Assembly (NCBI GenBank): GCA_023150805.1
Contig: JAKLKF010000011.1
Span: 19,987 to 83,986, forward strand
Length of the DNA: 64,000 nt
Direction of reading: 5' to 3'
DNA from: Myxococcota bacterium
Lineage (GTDB): Bacteria; Myxococcota_A; UBA796; UBA2385
Positions 54,935 through 64,000 of the stretch are shown in pieces (within the stretch, counting starts at the first letter, position 1; each line of letters begins with the position of its first letter). The translations under genes and the position numbers were made by a program. The notes under the pieces were generated by a model. That model was not told the DNA's origin and ran no database searches. It worked only from the letters and a program-made list of their open reading frames with translations.

Positions 54935-55834
54935 TCAGGCGCGGCGCTGGGCGCGCTGGCGTATCCAGATCGCCGTGGCGTTCATGGCCAGCAGCGTGAG
55001 CAACAGCACCGTGATGCCTGCCGCCGCGTTGATGTCGAAGCCCGCCTTCGGTCGGCTCACCCAGTTGAAGATCTGGATGGGCAGCGCCGTGAAGGGCGAC
55101 ATCGGCCCGTCGGGCAGGAAGGTCATGTAGGTCAGGGCGCCGACGACGATGAGCGGCGCCGTCTCGCCCATCGCGCGGCTCACGGCCAGGATGGCGCCCG
55201 TCAGGATGCCAGGCAGCGCCTGCGGCAGGATCACCGAGCGGATGACCTGCCAGCGCGTCGCCCCCAGGCCGTAGGCAGCCTCGCGCACGTTGTCCTGGAC
55301 CGTGCGCATCGCCTCGCGCGAGCTGATGATGACGATGGGCAGGACCAGCAGGGCCAGCGTGGCCGCGCCGGCCAGCAGGCTGCGGTCCAGGCCCAGGAAG
55401 CGCACGAAGACGCCCAGGCCCAGCAGGCCGTAGATCACGCTGGGCACGCCGGCCAGGTTCGCGATGTTGACCTCGATGAGGCGCGCCAGCCGGCTGCGAC
55501 CGCCGTACTCCTCCAGGTAGATCGCCGCCCCGACCCCCACCGGCAGCGCCATCCCCGCCGCCAGGGTGATCAGGTAGACGCTGCCGACCAGGGCGGGCAG
55601 GATGCCGGCCTTCTCGGCCTTGCGGCTGGGGTAGCCCGTCAGGAAGTCCCAGCTCAGGCGGCCCAGGCCGTCCAGCGTCGTCTCGCCCACCAGGTAGAGC
55701 AGCAGGGCCAGCGGCGCGAAGACCGAGACCAGGCACAGCGCCAGGAAGGCCTTCTCCAGGCGCTTGGACCCCGCGCGGGAGGCGGTCAGCTCGGCGCGGG
55801 CCGTCCGCGCGCGGGGAGCGGTCGCTTCGTTCAC
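54935..55834 (-). CDS. pstA: Phosphate ABC transporter permease
   Basis: [11 protein letters not shown], intact EAA loop [13 protein letters not shown], and [10 protein letters not shown]. Confidence 0.95.
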   Translation of the reverse strand: MNEATAPRARTARAELTASRAGSKRLEKAFLALCLVSVFAPLALLLYLVGETTLDGLGRLSWDFLTGYPSRKAEKAGILPALVGSVYLITLAAGMALPVGVGAAIYLEEYGGRSRLARLIEVNIANLAGVPSVIYGLLGLGVFVRFLGLDRSLLAGAATLALLVLPIVIISSREAMRTVQDNVREAAYGLGATRWQVIRSVILPQALPGILTGAILAVSRAMGETAPLIVVGALTYMTFLPDGPMSPFTALPIQIFNWVSRPKAGFDINAAAGITVLLLTLLAMNATAIWIRQRAQRRA

Positions 55835-56741
55835 AGGCGCCCCCGCTTGCCCTGGGCCAGGCGCTGGCTGAGCACGTTCATCACGAAGGTGAGGGCGAAG
55901 AGGGTGGCGCCCACCGCGAAGATGGTCCGGTACTCCAGGGTGCCCGCCGGCGTGTCGCCCATGCTGACCTGGACGATGTAGGCCGTCATCGTCTCCACCG
56001 GCACCCGCGGGTCCAGCGTGAGCCGCGGCTGCTGGCCGGCGGCGATGGCCACGATCATCGTCTCGCCGACGGCGCGGGAGACCGCCAGCGTCAGCGCCGC
56101 GAAGATGCCCGAGCGCGCGGCGGGCAGGACGACCCGGAAGATGGTCGCTCGGGCACCGCGTAGATGGCGTCCTCGGCCAGCGACGAGATCATGGGCATGA
56201 TCATGATGCCCATCACGATGCCCGCCCCCAGCGCGTTGAAGCCGGCCAGGTCCGGCACCACCGCCTGCAGCATCGGCGTGATGGTCACCAGCGCGAAGTA
56301 GCCGTAGACGATGGTCGGCACCCCGGCCAGCAGCTCGAGCATCGGCTTGAGCACCGCGCGGGTCCGCTGGGTGGCGAACTCCGCCAGGTAGATGGCCGCC
56401 ACCAGCCCGAGCGGAAGCGCGACGACCATCGCGATGGCGCTGGTCAGCAGCGTGCCGACCAGCAGCGGCCAGATGCCGAAGTGCTTGTCGGCGAAGAGGG
56501 GGGTCCACTGGGTGTCGAACAGGAAGGCGCCGAGCGAGACCTCGGAGAAGAAGGCCAGCGTCTCCTCGGCCAGCACCGCCAGGAGGCCTGCCGTCGTCAC
56601 CACGGAGAGCACGCCGCAGGCCAGCAGCACGGCCTCGATCACCCGCTCGCCCATGCCGCTGGCGCGACCACGCAGGTCCACCCCCCGCGACAGCGGGACG
56701 GGCGCCGGGCGCAGGACCGGGCCTTCTTCGTGCTCGGACAT
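55831..56741 (-). pseudogene. pstC: Phosphate ABC transporter permease PstC, frameshifted by an apparent deletion of about 43 nt that removes the EAA loop (or an assembly error)
   Basis: The N-terminal frame reads ...[11 protein letters not shown] and the C-terminal part [14 protein letters not shown]...SRAVGETM is in a different frame. The junction is at about 56148-56153. Confidence 0.85.
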
Positions 56742-56792
56742 CGGGACCTCGGAGGCGGCGGCCATCGGCGGCTCGTGGGTGGGAGGAGGGCC

Positions 56793-57833
<1,041 letters not shown>

Positions 57834-57880
57834 GGGCCACCGGGGTGCGAGGGAGGGAAGGCGCCATCCTTAGGTGCCCC

Positions 57881-57909
57881 ATGTGACATCTTCATGGCGC
57901 GCCCGTGAC
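57881..57909 (-). promoter_or_regulatory. Putative Pho box (PhoB-binding direct repeats) upstream of pstS
   Basis: Minus strand reads GTCACgggcgc GCCATgaagat GTCACat, i.e. three half-sites with exact 11-bp periodicity, about 50 nt upstream of pstS. Confidence 0.7.
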
Positions 57910-57935
57910 TTCCACCACCCCGCGGCCCAGCCGCC

Positions 57936-59747
57936 TCAGGCATCCCGCGGCGCAGCCGGCAGGCGGACCCAGAAGACGCAGCCCGTCGGCTGCCGGGGGT
58001 CCAGGCCCACGCTGCCGCCCATGTGCTCGGCCAGGTTCTTGACGATCGCCAGGCCCAGCCCGGTGCCGCCCTGGTGGCGGGCCCGGCCCGGGTCGACCCG
58101 GTAGAAGCGCTCGAAGACGCGCTCGCGGTGGCGCTCGGGGACCCCGGGGCCGTCGTCCTCCACCTCCACGCGGACCTGGGCCTCCTGGCCCTCTCCCGGT
58201 GGCAGCAGGCGGGCCCGCACCCAGATGTGCCCCCCCTCCCGGGTGTACTTCACGGCGTTCTCCAGCAGGTTCACCAGGATGTGCTCCAGGGCGACCGGGT
58301 CTCCCAGGAAGCGCAGCTCCGGCGGCACCTCGACGGCCACGCTGCGGTCGGAGCGGGGGGCCCGGTCGTGGACCGCCTCCACGGCCCGCTCGACCACCGG
58401 CCGGATCTGCGTGGGCGCCCGGCGCAGATCCATGCGCCCCGACTCGATGCGCGACAGGTCGAGCAGGTCGCTGATCGTCGCGCCCAGGCGCTCGGCGTTG
58501 CGCTGGATCGCCGCCAGGAAGGTCCGCGCGACGGCCGGGTCCTCCAGGGCGCCGTCGGCCAGGCTCTCGGCGTTGGCGCGGATGATGCTGACGGGCGTGC
58601 GCAGCTCGTGGCTCACGTTGGCCACGAAGTCGCGGCGCACCCGCTCCAGGCGCCGCACCCCGGTCATGTCGTGCAGCACCAGCACGCAGCCCGCGCCGTC
58701 TTCCAGCGGCCGCGCGGTCGCCAGCAGGGTCCTGCCCCCCGGCAGCTCCACCTCGGCTGCCGCGTCCGGCTCGCCGCCCAGGGCCTCCCGGGCGACCGCC
58801 ACCAGGTCCGGCGCCCGCACGACGTCGACCAGCGGGCGGTCCTGGGGCGGCGCCTCCAGGCCCAGCAGCGCCGTCGCCGCCGGGTTCGCCAGCCGGACGC
58901 GGCAGTCGGGGTCCAGCGCCAGCACGCCCTCGCTCATGCTGGAGAGCAGCGCCTCCAGCCGCGCGCGCTCGGCGGAGACCTCGCTGACGGCGGTGCGCAG
59001 GCGATCGGCGAGATCCTGCACCCCGCCGGCCAGCATGGACAGCTCGTCGTCGTGCGGGCGAGGGATCGCCTCGGTGCGGCTGCGCGCCAGCACGTCCCGG
59101 ATCCGCGCCAGCATCGCGCTCACGTCGCGCGAGGCCAGGTGGCTGGCCAGGCCGCTCATGAAGACGGCCGCGCCCAGGCCCACCAGGCCCGCCGCCAGGA
59201 CGGCCACGTCGAAGGCCGCCAGTCCCTGGTCCACCTGCCGGACCTCGATGGCGGTCCGCACCACGCCGCGGTGGCCCGGCGCCTGGTAGGGCACGGCCGC
59301 GTACAGCATCTCGCTGTCCAGGGTGGTGCTGTAGCGGGCCTCGAAGACCGCGGCGCCCTCGTCGAGGGCGCGACGCACCTCCGGCCGGTTGTCGTGGCGC
59401 TCCAGCCCCCGGACCTGGTCGATGTCCAGGCGCGAGTCGCCCAGCACCACGCCGTCGTCCCGGATGACCGAGACCCGGATGTCGCCGGTCGCGCCCAGCT
59501 CGTCGGCGAGGGGATCCAGCACCTCCACCACGTCGCTGGGCGCCAGCCCCTCGACCGCCACGCGGCTGGCCACCGCCAGGCGGGTCAGCTCGGCCGCGGT
59601 GCGGTCGTGCAGGATCTCGCGCAGCGACAGGCGCAGCCACGAGGCGCTGACCGTGCCCACCAGCGAGATGAGCACCACCGAGACGACGAACAGGCGCCCG
59701 CGGATGCCCATCGCCGCCAGGGTGCGCGCCAGGCGGTCGCGCGGCAT
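57936..59747 (-). CDS. phoR: Phosphate regulon sensor histidine kinase
   Basis: Two transmembrane segments and a PAS-like region. DFVANVSHELRTPV, NLLENAVKYT, ERFYRVD and GGTGLGLAIVK. Confidence 0.9.
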   Translation of the reverse strand: MPRDRLARTLAAMGIRGRLFVVSVVLISLVGTVSASWLRLSLREILHDRTAAELTRLAVASRVAVEGLAPSDVVEVLDPLADELGATGDIRVSVIRDDGVVLGDSRLDIDQVRGLERHDNRPEVRRALDEGAAVFEARYSTTLDSEMLYAAVPYQAPGHRGVVRTAIEVRQVDQGLAAFDVAVLAAGLVGLGAAVFMSGLASHLASRDVSAMLARIRDVLARSRTEAIPRPHDDELSMLAGGVQDLADRLRTAVSEVSAERARLEALLSSMSEGVLALDPDCRVRLANPAATALLGLEAPPQDRPLVDVVRAPDLVAVAREALGGEPDAAAEVELPGGRTLLATARPLEDGAGCVLVLHDMTGVRRLERVRRDFVANVSHELRTPVSIIRANAESLADGALEDPAVARTFLAAIQRNAERLGATISDLLDLSRIESGRMDLRRAPTQIRPVVERAVEAVHDRAPRSDRSVAVEVPPELRFLGDPVALEHILVNLLENAVKYTREGGHIWVRARLLPPGEGQEAQVRVEVEDDGPGVPERHRERVFERFYRVDPGRARHQGGTGLGLAIVKNLAEHMGGSVGLDPRQPTGCVFWVRLPAAPRDA

Positions 59748-60460
59748 CAGCCGTCCTCGCCCTCACCCGAGGGCGGCACGGAGCGGAAGCGGTAGCCGAA
59801 GCCCCGGCGGGTCTCGATGTAGTTGCCCGCGGCGCCCAGCTTCTGGCGCAGCCGCTTGACGTGGGTGTCCACCGTGCGCGTCGTCACCGCCGAGGCCATG
59901 CCCCAGACCTCCTCCAGCAGGACCTCGCGCGACTGCACCCGGCCGCGGCGCTCCAGGAGGAAGGTGAGCAGCTTGAACTCCAGCGCCGTCAGGCCGATCT
60001 CGACGCCGTCGACCCAGGCCAGGTGGGCGCCCTCGTCCACCCGCAGCCGGCCGAAGACCAGCTTCTCGGGCTCCGGCGTCGCCGGCCGGGCGCGCCGCAT
60101 CACCGCTCGGATCCGCAGCATCAGCTCGCGCGGGCTGAAGGGCTTGGTGACGTAGTCGTCCGCGCCCACCTCGAAGCCCACCACCCGGTCGATCTCCTCG
60201 TCCCGGGCCGTCACCATGATGATCGCCACCTCGCGGGTGCTGGGGTCGGCGCGGAGCTGGCGGCACACCTCGGTGCCCGGCAGGTCGGGAAGCATCAGGT
60301 CCAGCACCACCAGGTCGGGCCGGGGCTCCAGCCGCGCCTGGGCCAGGGCCTGGGCGCCCGTCGCGGCCGTGCGGACCTGGAAGCCCTCGCGCTGCACGGT
60401 CCAGGCGAGGGACTGCACGAGCTCCTGCTCGTCGTCGACGATGAGGACGATGCCGGCCAT
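59747..60460 (-). CDS. phoB: Phosphate regulon response regulator (OmpR family)
   Basis: LIVDDE, VLDLMLP, GADDYVTKPFS and RTVDTHVKRLRQKL. TGATG overlap with phoR. Confidence 0.88.
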   Translation of the reverse strand: MAGIVLIVDDEQELVQSLAWTVQREGFQVRTAATGAQALAQARLEPRPDLVVLDLMLPDLPGTEVCRQLRADPSTREVAIIMVTARDEEIDRVVGFEVGADDYVTKPFSPRELMLRIRAVMRRARPATPEPEKLVFGRLRVDEGAHLAWVDGVEIGLTALEFKLLTFLLERRGRVQSREVLLEEVWGMASAVTTRTVDTHVKRLRQKLGAAGNYIETRRGFGYRFRSVPPSGEGEDG

Positions 60461-60651
60461 GGCGTCTCCGGGGCGAGGGGCACCGGCGCTGGCGGGCGCC
60501 GGTCCCGGTGGGCGCTCCCATAGCGCCGGGGGTTCCCGACCACCAGCCGGCCGCCGCCGCCGTCCGCCGCGTGTGACGGACGCGCGACGAAGGCGACGGG
60601 GCGGCGACCGGCGTCTGCACGATCGTCACCCGGGCCGGGTCGCCAGGGCCG

Positions 60652-60709
60652 GTCACACCGTCGCCGTGCGTGTCGTCGGCCAGGTCACGGCGCGACCCCG
60701 ACACGTCAC
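60652..60709 (+). promoter_or_regulatory. Possible Pho-box-like GTCAC repeats upstream of the lipoprotein/TonB operon
   Basis: GTCAC at 60652, 60684 and 60705 (spacings 32 and 21, same helical face), GCCGT at 60663, and an extra GTCAC at 60625. Confidence 0.35.
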
Positions 60710-60798
60710 GATGGCTCTCCGGGGCCGCCACGTCCCGCCCATAGATGGTCGGCCTTCCCACCCGCCGGCCCCCGCCGGTCTCCCTCGGAGGCGACGAC

Positions 60799-62181
60799 AT
60801 GAACCACAGCATCTTCTCCCGGCTGGCCCTTGGGGCCTCCCTCGGCCTGGTCCTCCTCGGCGCCGCCTGCGGCGACAAGGACGAGGACGACACGGGCACC
60901 GGCGGCGACGGTGGCGCGGACGGCGGCGGCGACGGTGGCACCGGCGACGGCGGCACCACCGGCGAGGTCGAGTGCGAGGACGGTGTCTGCATCGTCAGCG
61001 GCACCATCACCGAGGACCAGGTGTGGTCCGCCGACTACGCCTGGCTGCTGCGCGGCGGCGTCTTCATCGGCGACGACGAGAACCAGACCGTGCTGACCAT
61101 CGAGCCGGGCACCACGGTCTACGGCGAGAGCGCCACCGACGGCATGCTGGTCATCCGCCGCGGCAGCAAGCTGATGGCCGAGGGCACCGCCGAGGCACCC
61201 ATCGTCTTCACCAGCAGCAAGTCGCCGGGCAGCCGCGCCCGCGGCGACTGGGGCGGCCTCATCATCAACGGTCGCGCCCCCATCAACGCCTGCTCGGACC
61301 CCGAGGCCGTGGACTGCGAGGCCTACGGCGAGGGTGGCACCGGCTGGTACGGCGGCAGCGACCCCGAGGACAGCAGCGGCGCCCTGCAGTACGTCCGCGT
61401 CGAGTTCGCCGGCACCCTGATCAGCCCGGACAACGAGCTCAACGGCATCGCCTTCCAGGGTGTCGGCCGCGGCACCACCATCGAGCACATCCAGGTCCAC
61501 ATGAACTCCGACGACGGCGTCGAGTTCTTCGGGGGCACGGCCCAGGCGAGGTACCTGCTGACGACCGGCATCGGCGACGACAACCTGGACTGGACCGACG
61601 GCTGGCAGGGCAAGGTCCAGTTCATGGTCGCCCAGCAGTACGACGACAACGGCGACAACGGCATCGAGGCGGACAACAACGCCGAGGACAACGCCGCCGA
61701 GCCGGCCAGCAACCCCACCATCAGCCACGTCACGCTCATCGGCAGCCCCGACAGCGCCGACAGCGACGTCGGCATGCTGCTGCGCGAGGGCACCCGGGCC
61801 AGCATCAGCAACGCGATCGTCGTCGGCTGGAACGACGCCTGCATCGACATCGACAACGACCAGACCTGGCTGAACGCCGACGCCGGCGACCTGGCGCTGG
61901 ACCACAGCCTGGTCTCCTGCGCCACCAACTTCACCGCCGACGACGACCCGGGCAGCGTGCAGGACTGGTTCGAGGGCGGCACGGGCAACAGCGCGGCCGA
62001 CCCCAAGCTGGGCGACGCCTTCAACCAGGCCGCCCCCGACTTCGTCCCCGGCAGCGGCAGCCCCGCCCTGTCCGGCGGCAGCGCGCCGACCGACTCCTTC
62101 TTCCAGGCGGCCACCTTCATCGGTGGCGTGGACCCGGCCGACGACTGGACCGCCGGCTGGACCACCGCCGCGGCGAACTGA
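60799..62181 (+). CDS. Surface lipoprotein with beta-helix-like domain, of the type often found beside TonB-dependent receptors
   Basis: RBS GGAGG, lipobox LGAAC and DGG linker. LTIEPGT ... PIVFTS ... GDWGGLII ... YVRVEFAG ... DDGVEFFGG. Confidence 0.75.
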   Translation: MNHSIFSRLALGASLGLVLLGAACGDKDEDDTGTGGDGGADGGGDGGTGDGGTTGEVECEDGVCIVSGTITEDQVWSADYAWLLRGGVFIGDDENQTVLTIEPGTTVYGESATDGMLVIRRGSKLMAEGTAEAPIVFTSSKSPGSRARGDWGGLIINGRAPINACSDPEAVDCEAYGEGGTGWYGGSDPEDSSGALQYVRVEFAGTLISPDNELNGIAFQGVGRGTTIEHIQVHMNSDDGVEFFGGTAQARYLLTTGIGDDNLDWTDGWQGKVQFMVAQQYDDNGDNGIEADNNAEDNAAEPASNPTISHVTLIGSPDSADSDVGMLLREGTRASISNAIVVGWNDACIDIDNDQTWLNADAGDLALDHSLVSCATNFTADDDPGSVQDWFEGGTGNSAADPKLGDAFNQAAPDFVPGSGSPALSGGSAPTDSFFQAATFIGGVDPADDWTAGWTTAAAN

Positions 62182-62184
62182 GCC

Positions 62185-62961
62185 ATGAGGTCCCCCGCTC
62201 CTGCGATCCTGGCCGGGATCCTGCTCGGCGCGCCCGCCCTCGCCGGCGACCTGACCGAGCAGGCCCGCCAGCTCGCCAGCCTGCGCGCCGAGGTCGAGGC
62301 CCTCTCTGCCCAGCTCACCCTGGAGCAGGAGGATCTCTCGGCCCGGCTGCGGGCGACCGACGCCCAGCGCACCGACCTGGAGGTCCAGGTCCGCCGGGAG
62401 GAGCTGCGCCTGCAGCAGCTCGACCAGGCGGCGCAGGAGCAGCGCCAGGCCGTCCTGGCGGCCTCGGCGGCGGGAGAGGTGCTGCGCCCGGCCCTGGCGG
62501 AGAGCTTCTCCGCCATCGGCCGCAGCATCGAGCAGGGGCTGCCCTACCGCAAGCAGGAGCGCCTGCAGGCCCTGGCCGACCTGCAGGGCCAGCTCGACCA
62601 GGGGCTGCTGCCGCCCCAGCAGGCCGCGGCCCGGCTGTGGGCCCTGGTCGAGGACGAGCGCCGCCTGGCCCGCGAGCACGCCCTGGACCGCCAGGTCGTC
62701 ACCCTCGACGGCCAGGAGGTGCTGGTCCGCGTCGCCCGCCTGGGCATGGTCGCCCTGCTGTGGGCGGCCGACGACGGCCGGGTCGGCTGGGCCGAGCAGG
62801 GCCCCGACGGCGCCTGGCGCTACGCCGTCGCCGCCGACCGCGGCCAGCAGGCCCGCGTCGTCGCCGTCTTCGACTCGCTCGAGAAGCAGGTCCGCGTGGG
62901 CTGGTTCGAGGTCCCCGGCCCGGCCCTGGCCCACCTCGCCGCGCCCGGAGGTGCCCCGTGA
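62185..62961 (+). CDS. DUF3450-family coiled-coil periplasmic protein (TonB2/Ttp-system type)
   Basis: Signal peptide, coiled coil, LPYRKQERL and VARLGMVAL. Directly upstream of an ExbB-like gene. Confidence 0.75.
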   Translation: MRSPAPAILAGILLGAPALAGDLTEQARQLASLRAEVEALSAQLTLEQEDLSARLRATDAQRTDLEVQVRREELRLQQLDQAAQEQRQAVLAASAAGEVLRPALAESFSAIGRSIEQGLPYRKQERLQALADLQGQLDQGLLPPQQAAARLWALVEDERRLAREHALDRQVVTLDGQEVLVRVARLGMVALLWAADDGRVGWAEQGPDGAWRYAVAADRGQQARVVAVFDSLEKQVRVGWFEVPGPALAHLAAPGGAP

Positions 62962-64000
62962 TCTTCTCCGCCTCCGCCCTCGCCCTGGGCCTGCTGCTGG
63001 CGGGCCCGGCCCGCGCCCAGGACGGCGCCGCCGGCGCCAACTCCGGCGCCGCCCTCTCCGACCTCGACCGCGCCTACCAGAAGGAGTTCGCCTTCCTGCA
63101 CGCCGAGAAGGCCAGCCTGCAGGCGCGGCTCGCCGAGCTGCAGGCCGAGCGCGCCCGCCGCGTGGGCGGCGCCGACGGGGAGCTGGACCGGCTGCAGGGG
63201 CGGCTGTTGTCCCTGACCCGCCAGGCGGACGCCGCCGAGGCCCTGCTGGCCGACACGCAGCGGGCCGGCGACCGCGCCACCGAGGGCGCGCAGGTGCTGG
63301 AGACGACGCTCTCGCAGGCCGCCGCCACCCTGGAGCGGCCCGAGCTGGTGCCCGCCGAGGGCGAGGCCGGCGGGGTCGGCGCGGGCGGACCGGTCGACGG
63401 CGCCGCGACCGAGGCCCAGGCCCGCGCGCTGGCCTCGCTCTTCACCGTCGCGGCCGAGGACCTGGCCCGCGGCGGCGCCCTGCGCACCGTCCCGGGCGAG
63501 GTCTTCCTGGCCGGCGGGACCGCGGCCCGGGGCACCGTGGTCGAGGTCGGCGAGGTGGCCCGCTTCGCCGTCGTCGACGGGCAGGGCGCCGCCCTGGTCC
63601 CCGCCGGCGAGGGGCGGCTGCGCGTGGCGCCCGGCCTGGGCGCCGCCGAGGCGACGGCCCTCTCGGCCGGCAGCGTGCCCGAGGTGGTGGGCCTGCACCT
63701 CTACGAGTCGCTCTCCCGCCGGGTCGAGGACCGGGCCGAGAAGACGCTGTCGGACTGGATGGCCGCCGGTGGCCTGATCGGCTGGGTCATCATGGGCCTG
63801 GGCGCCGTGGCCGTGATCATGGCCACCATCCGCGCCGCGGTCCTGCTCGCCGCCGGCCGCGGGGTCGAGGCGCTGGGCGCCCGGGTGGCCGAGGCGCTGG
63901 CGCGCGGGCGGGCCGACGAGGCGCTCTCGGCCGCCCGCCAGGCGGGGGGCCCCGGCGGGCGCCTGCTGTCGACCGTCGTGGCCGCCTGGCAGGCCGCCCC
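62958..64000 (+). CDS. MotA/TolQ/ExbB proton-channel protein with large periplasmic N-terminus (TtpC-like), truncated by the window end
   Basis: GTG 62958 (GTGA overlap), manually translated. DRAYQKEFAFL ... DWMAAGGLIGWVIMGLG. The frame is open to the window end. Confidence 0.75.
   Translation, partial: MIFSASALALGLLLAGPARAQDGAAGANSGAALSDLDRAYQKEFAFLHAEKASLQARLAELQAERARRVGGADGELDRLQGRLLSLTRQADAAEALLADTQRAGDRATEGAQVLETTLSQAAATLERPELVPAEGEAGGVGAGGPVDGAATEAQARALASLFTVAAEDLARGGALRTVPGEVFLAGGTAARGTVVEVGEVARFAVVDGQGAALVPAGEGRLRVAPGLGAAEATALSAGSVPEVVGLHLYESLSRRVEDRAEKTLSDWMAAGGLIGWVIMGLGAVAVIMATIRAAVLLAAGRGVEALGARVAEALARGRADEALSAARQAGGPGGRLLSTVVAAWQAA

Noticed and set aside
56148-56153. Programmed frameshifting in pstC
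   Set aside because: There is no slippery sequence, and about 15 conserved codons are missing, so recoding alone could not restore the protein.

Overview
This is a 64-kb, very GC-rich bacterial window. An AgmX/PglI-type domain, a TIGR04552-like gene, a DUF4423-type regulator and DGG-linker lipoproteins suggest a Myxococcota-like host (inference). 1-11.9 kb: envelope and conflict genes, namely an SGNH hydrolase, an M15-like peptidase with a coupled lipoprotein, a TPR histidine kinase, a fibre/adhesin-like protein and a tandem pair of AAA_35 STAND NTPases. About 12-37.2 kb: a co-oriented defence island built on a complete class I DISARM system (drmD, drmMI, drmA, drmB, drmC). Five cargo genes are translationally coupled inside it: an ABC-ATPase + TOPRIM-like pair, an ABC-ATPase/DUF3696 + putative RNase pair, and a PLD-zinc-ribbon nuclease. 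Directly after drmC lies the best candidate for an undescribed system, a five-gene cassette: TPR-CHAT protease, possible divergent sigma factor, anti-sigma-like protein, DUF2325-like protein and B12-radical SAM enzyme. Two of its leaders share a motif. The junctions of variable segments show a mirror-image G-rich-left / C-rich-right pattern. 37-64 kb: mostly housekeeping genes (yaiI-like, methyltransferase, mfd, class II photolyase, vWA lipoprotein, pntAB, phoB-phoR-pstS-pstC-pstA-pstB-phoU with a frameshifted pstC and a Pho box) and the start of a TonB/ExbB-type operon. No rRNA, tRNA, CRISPR array, integrase or transposase was recognised. All family assignments come from motif reading, not database searches.
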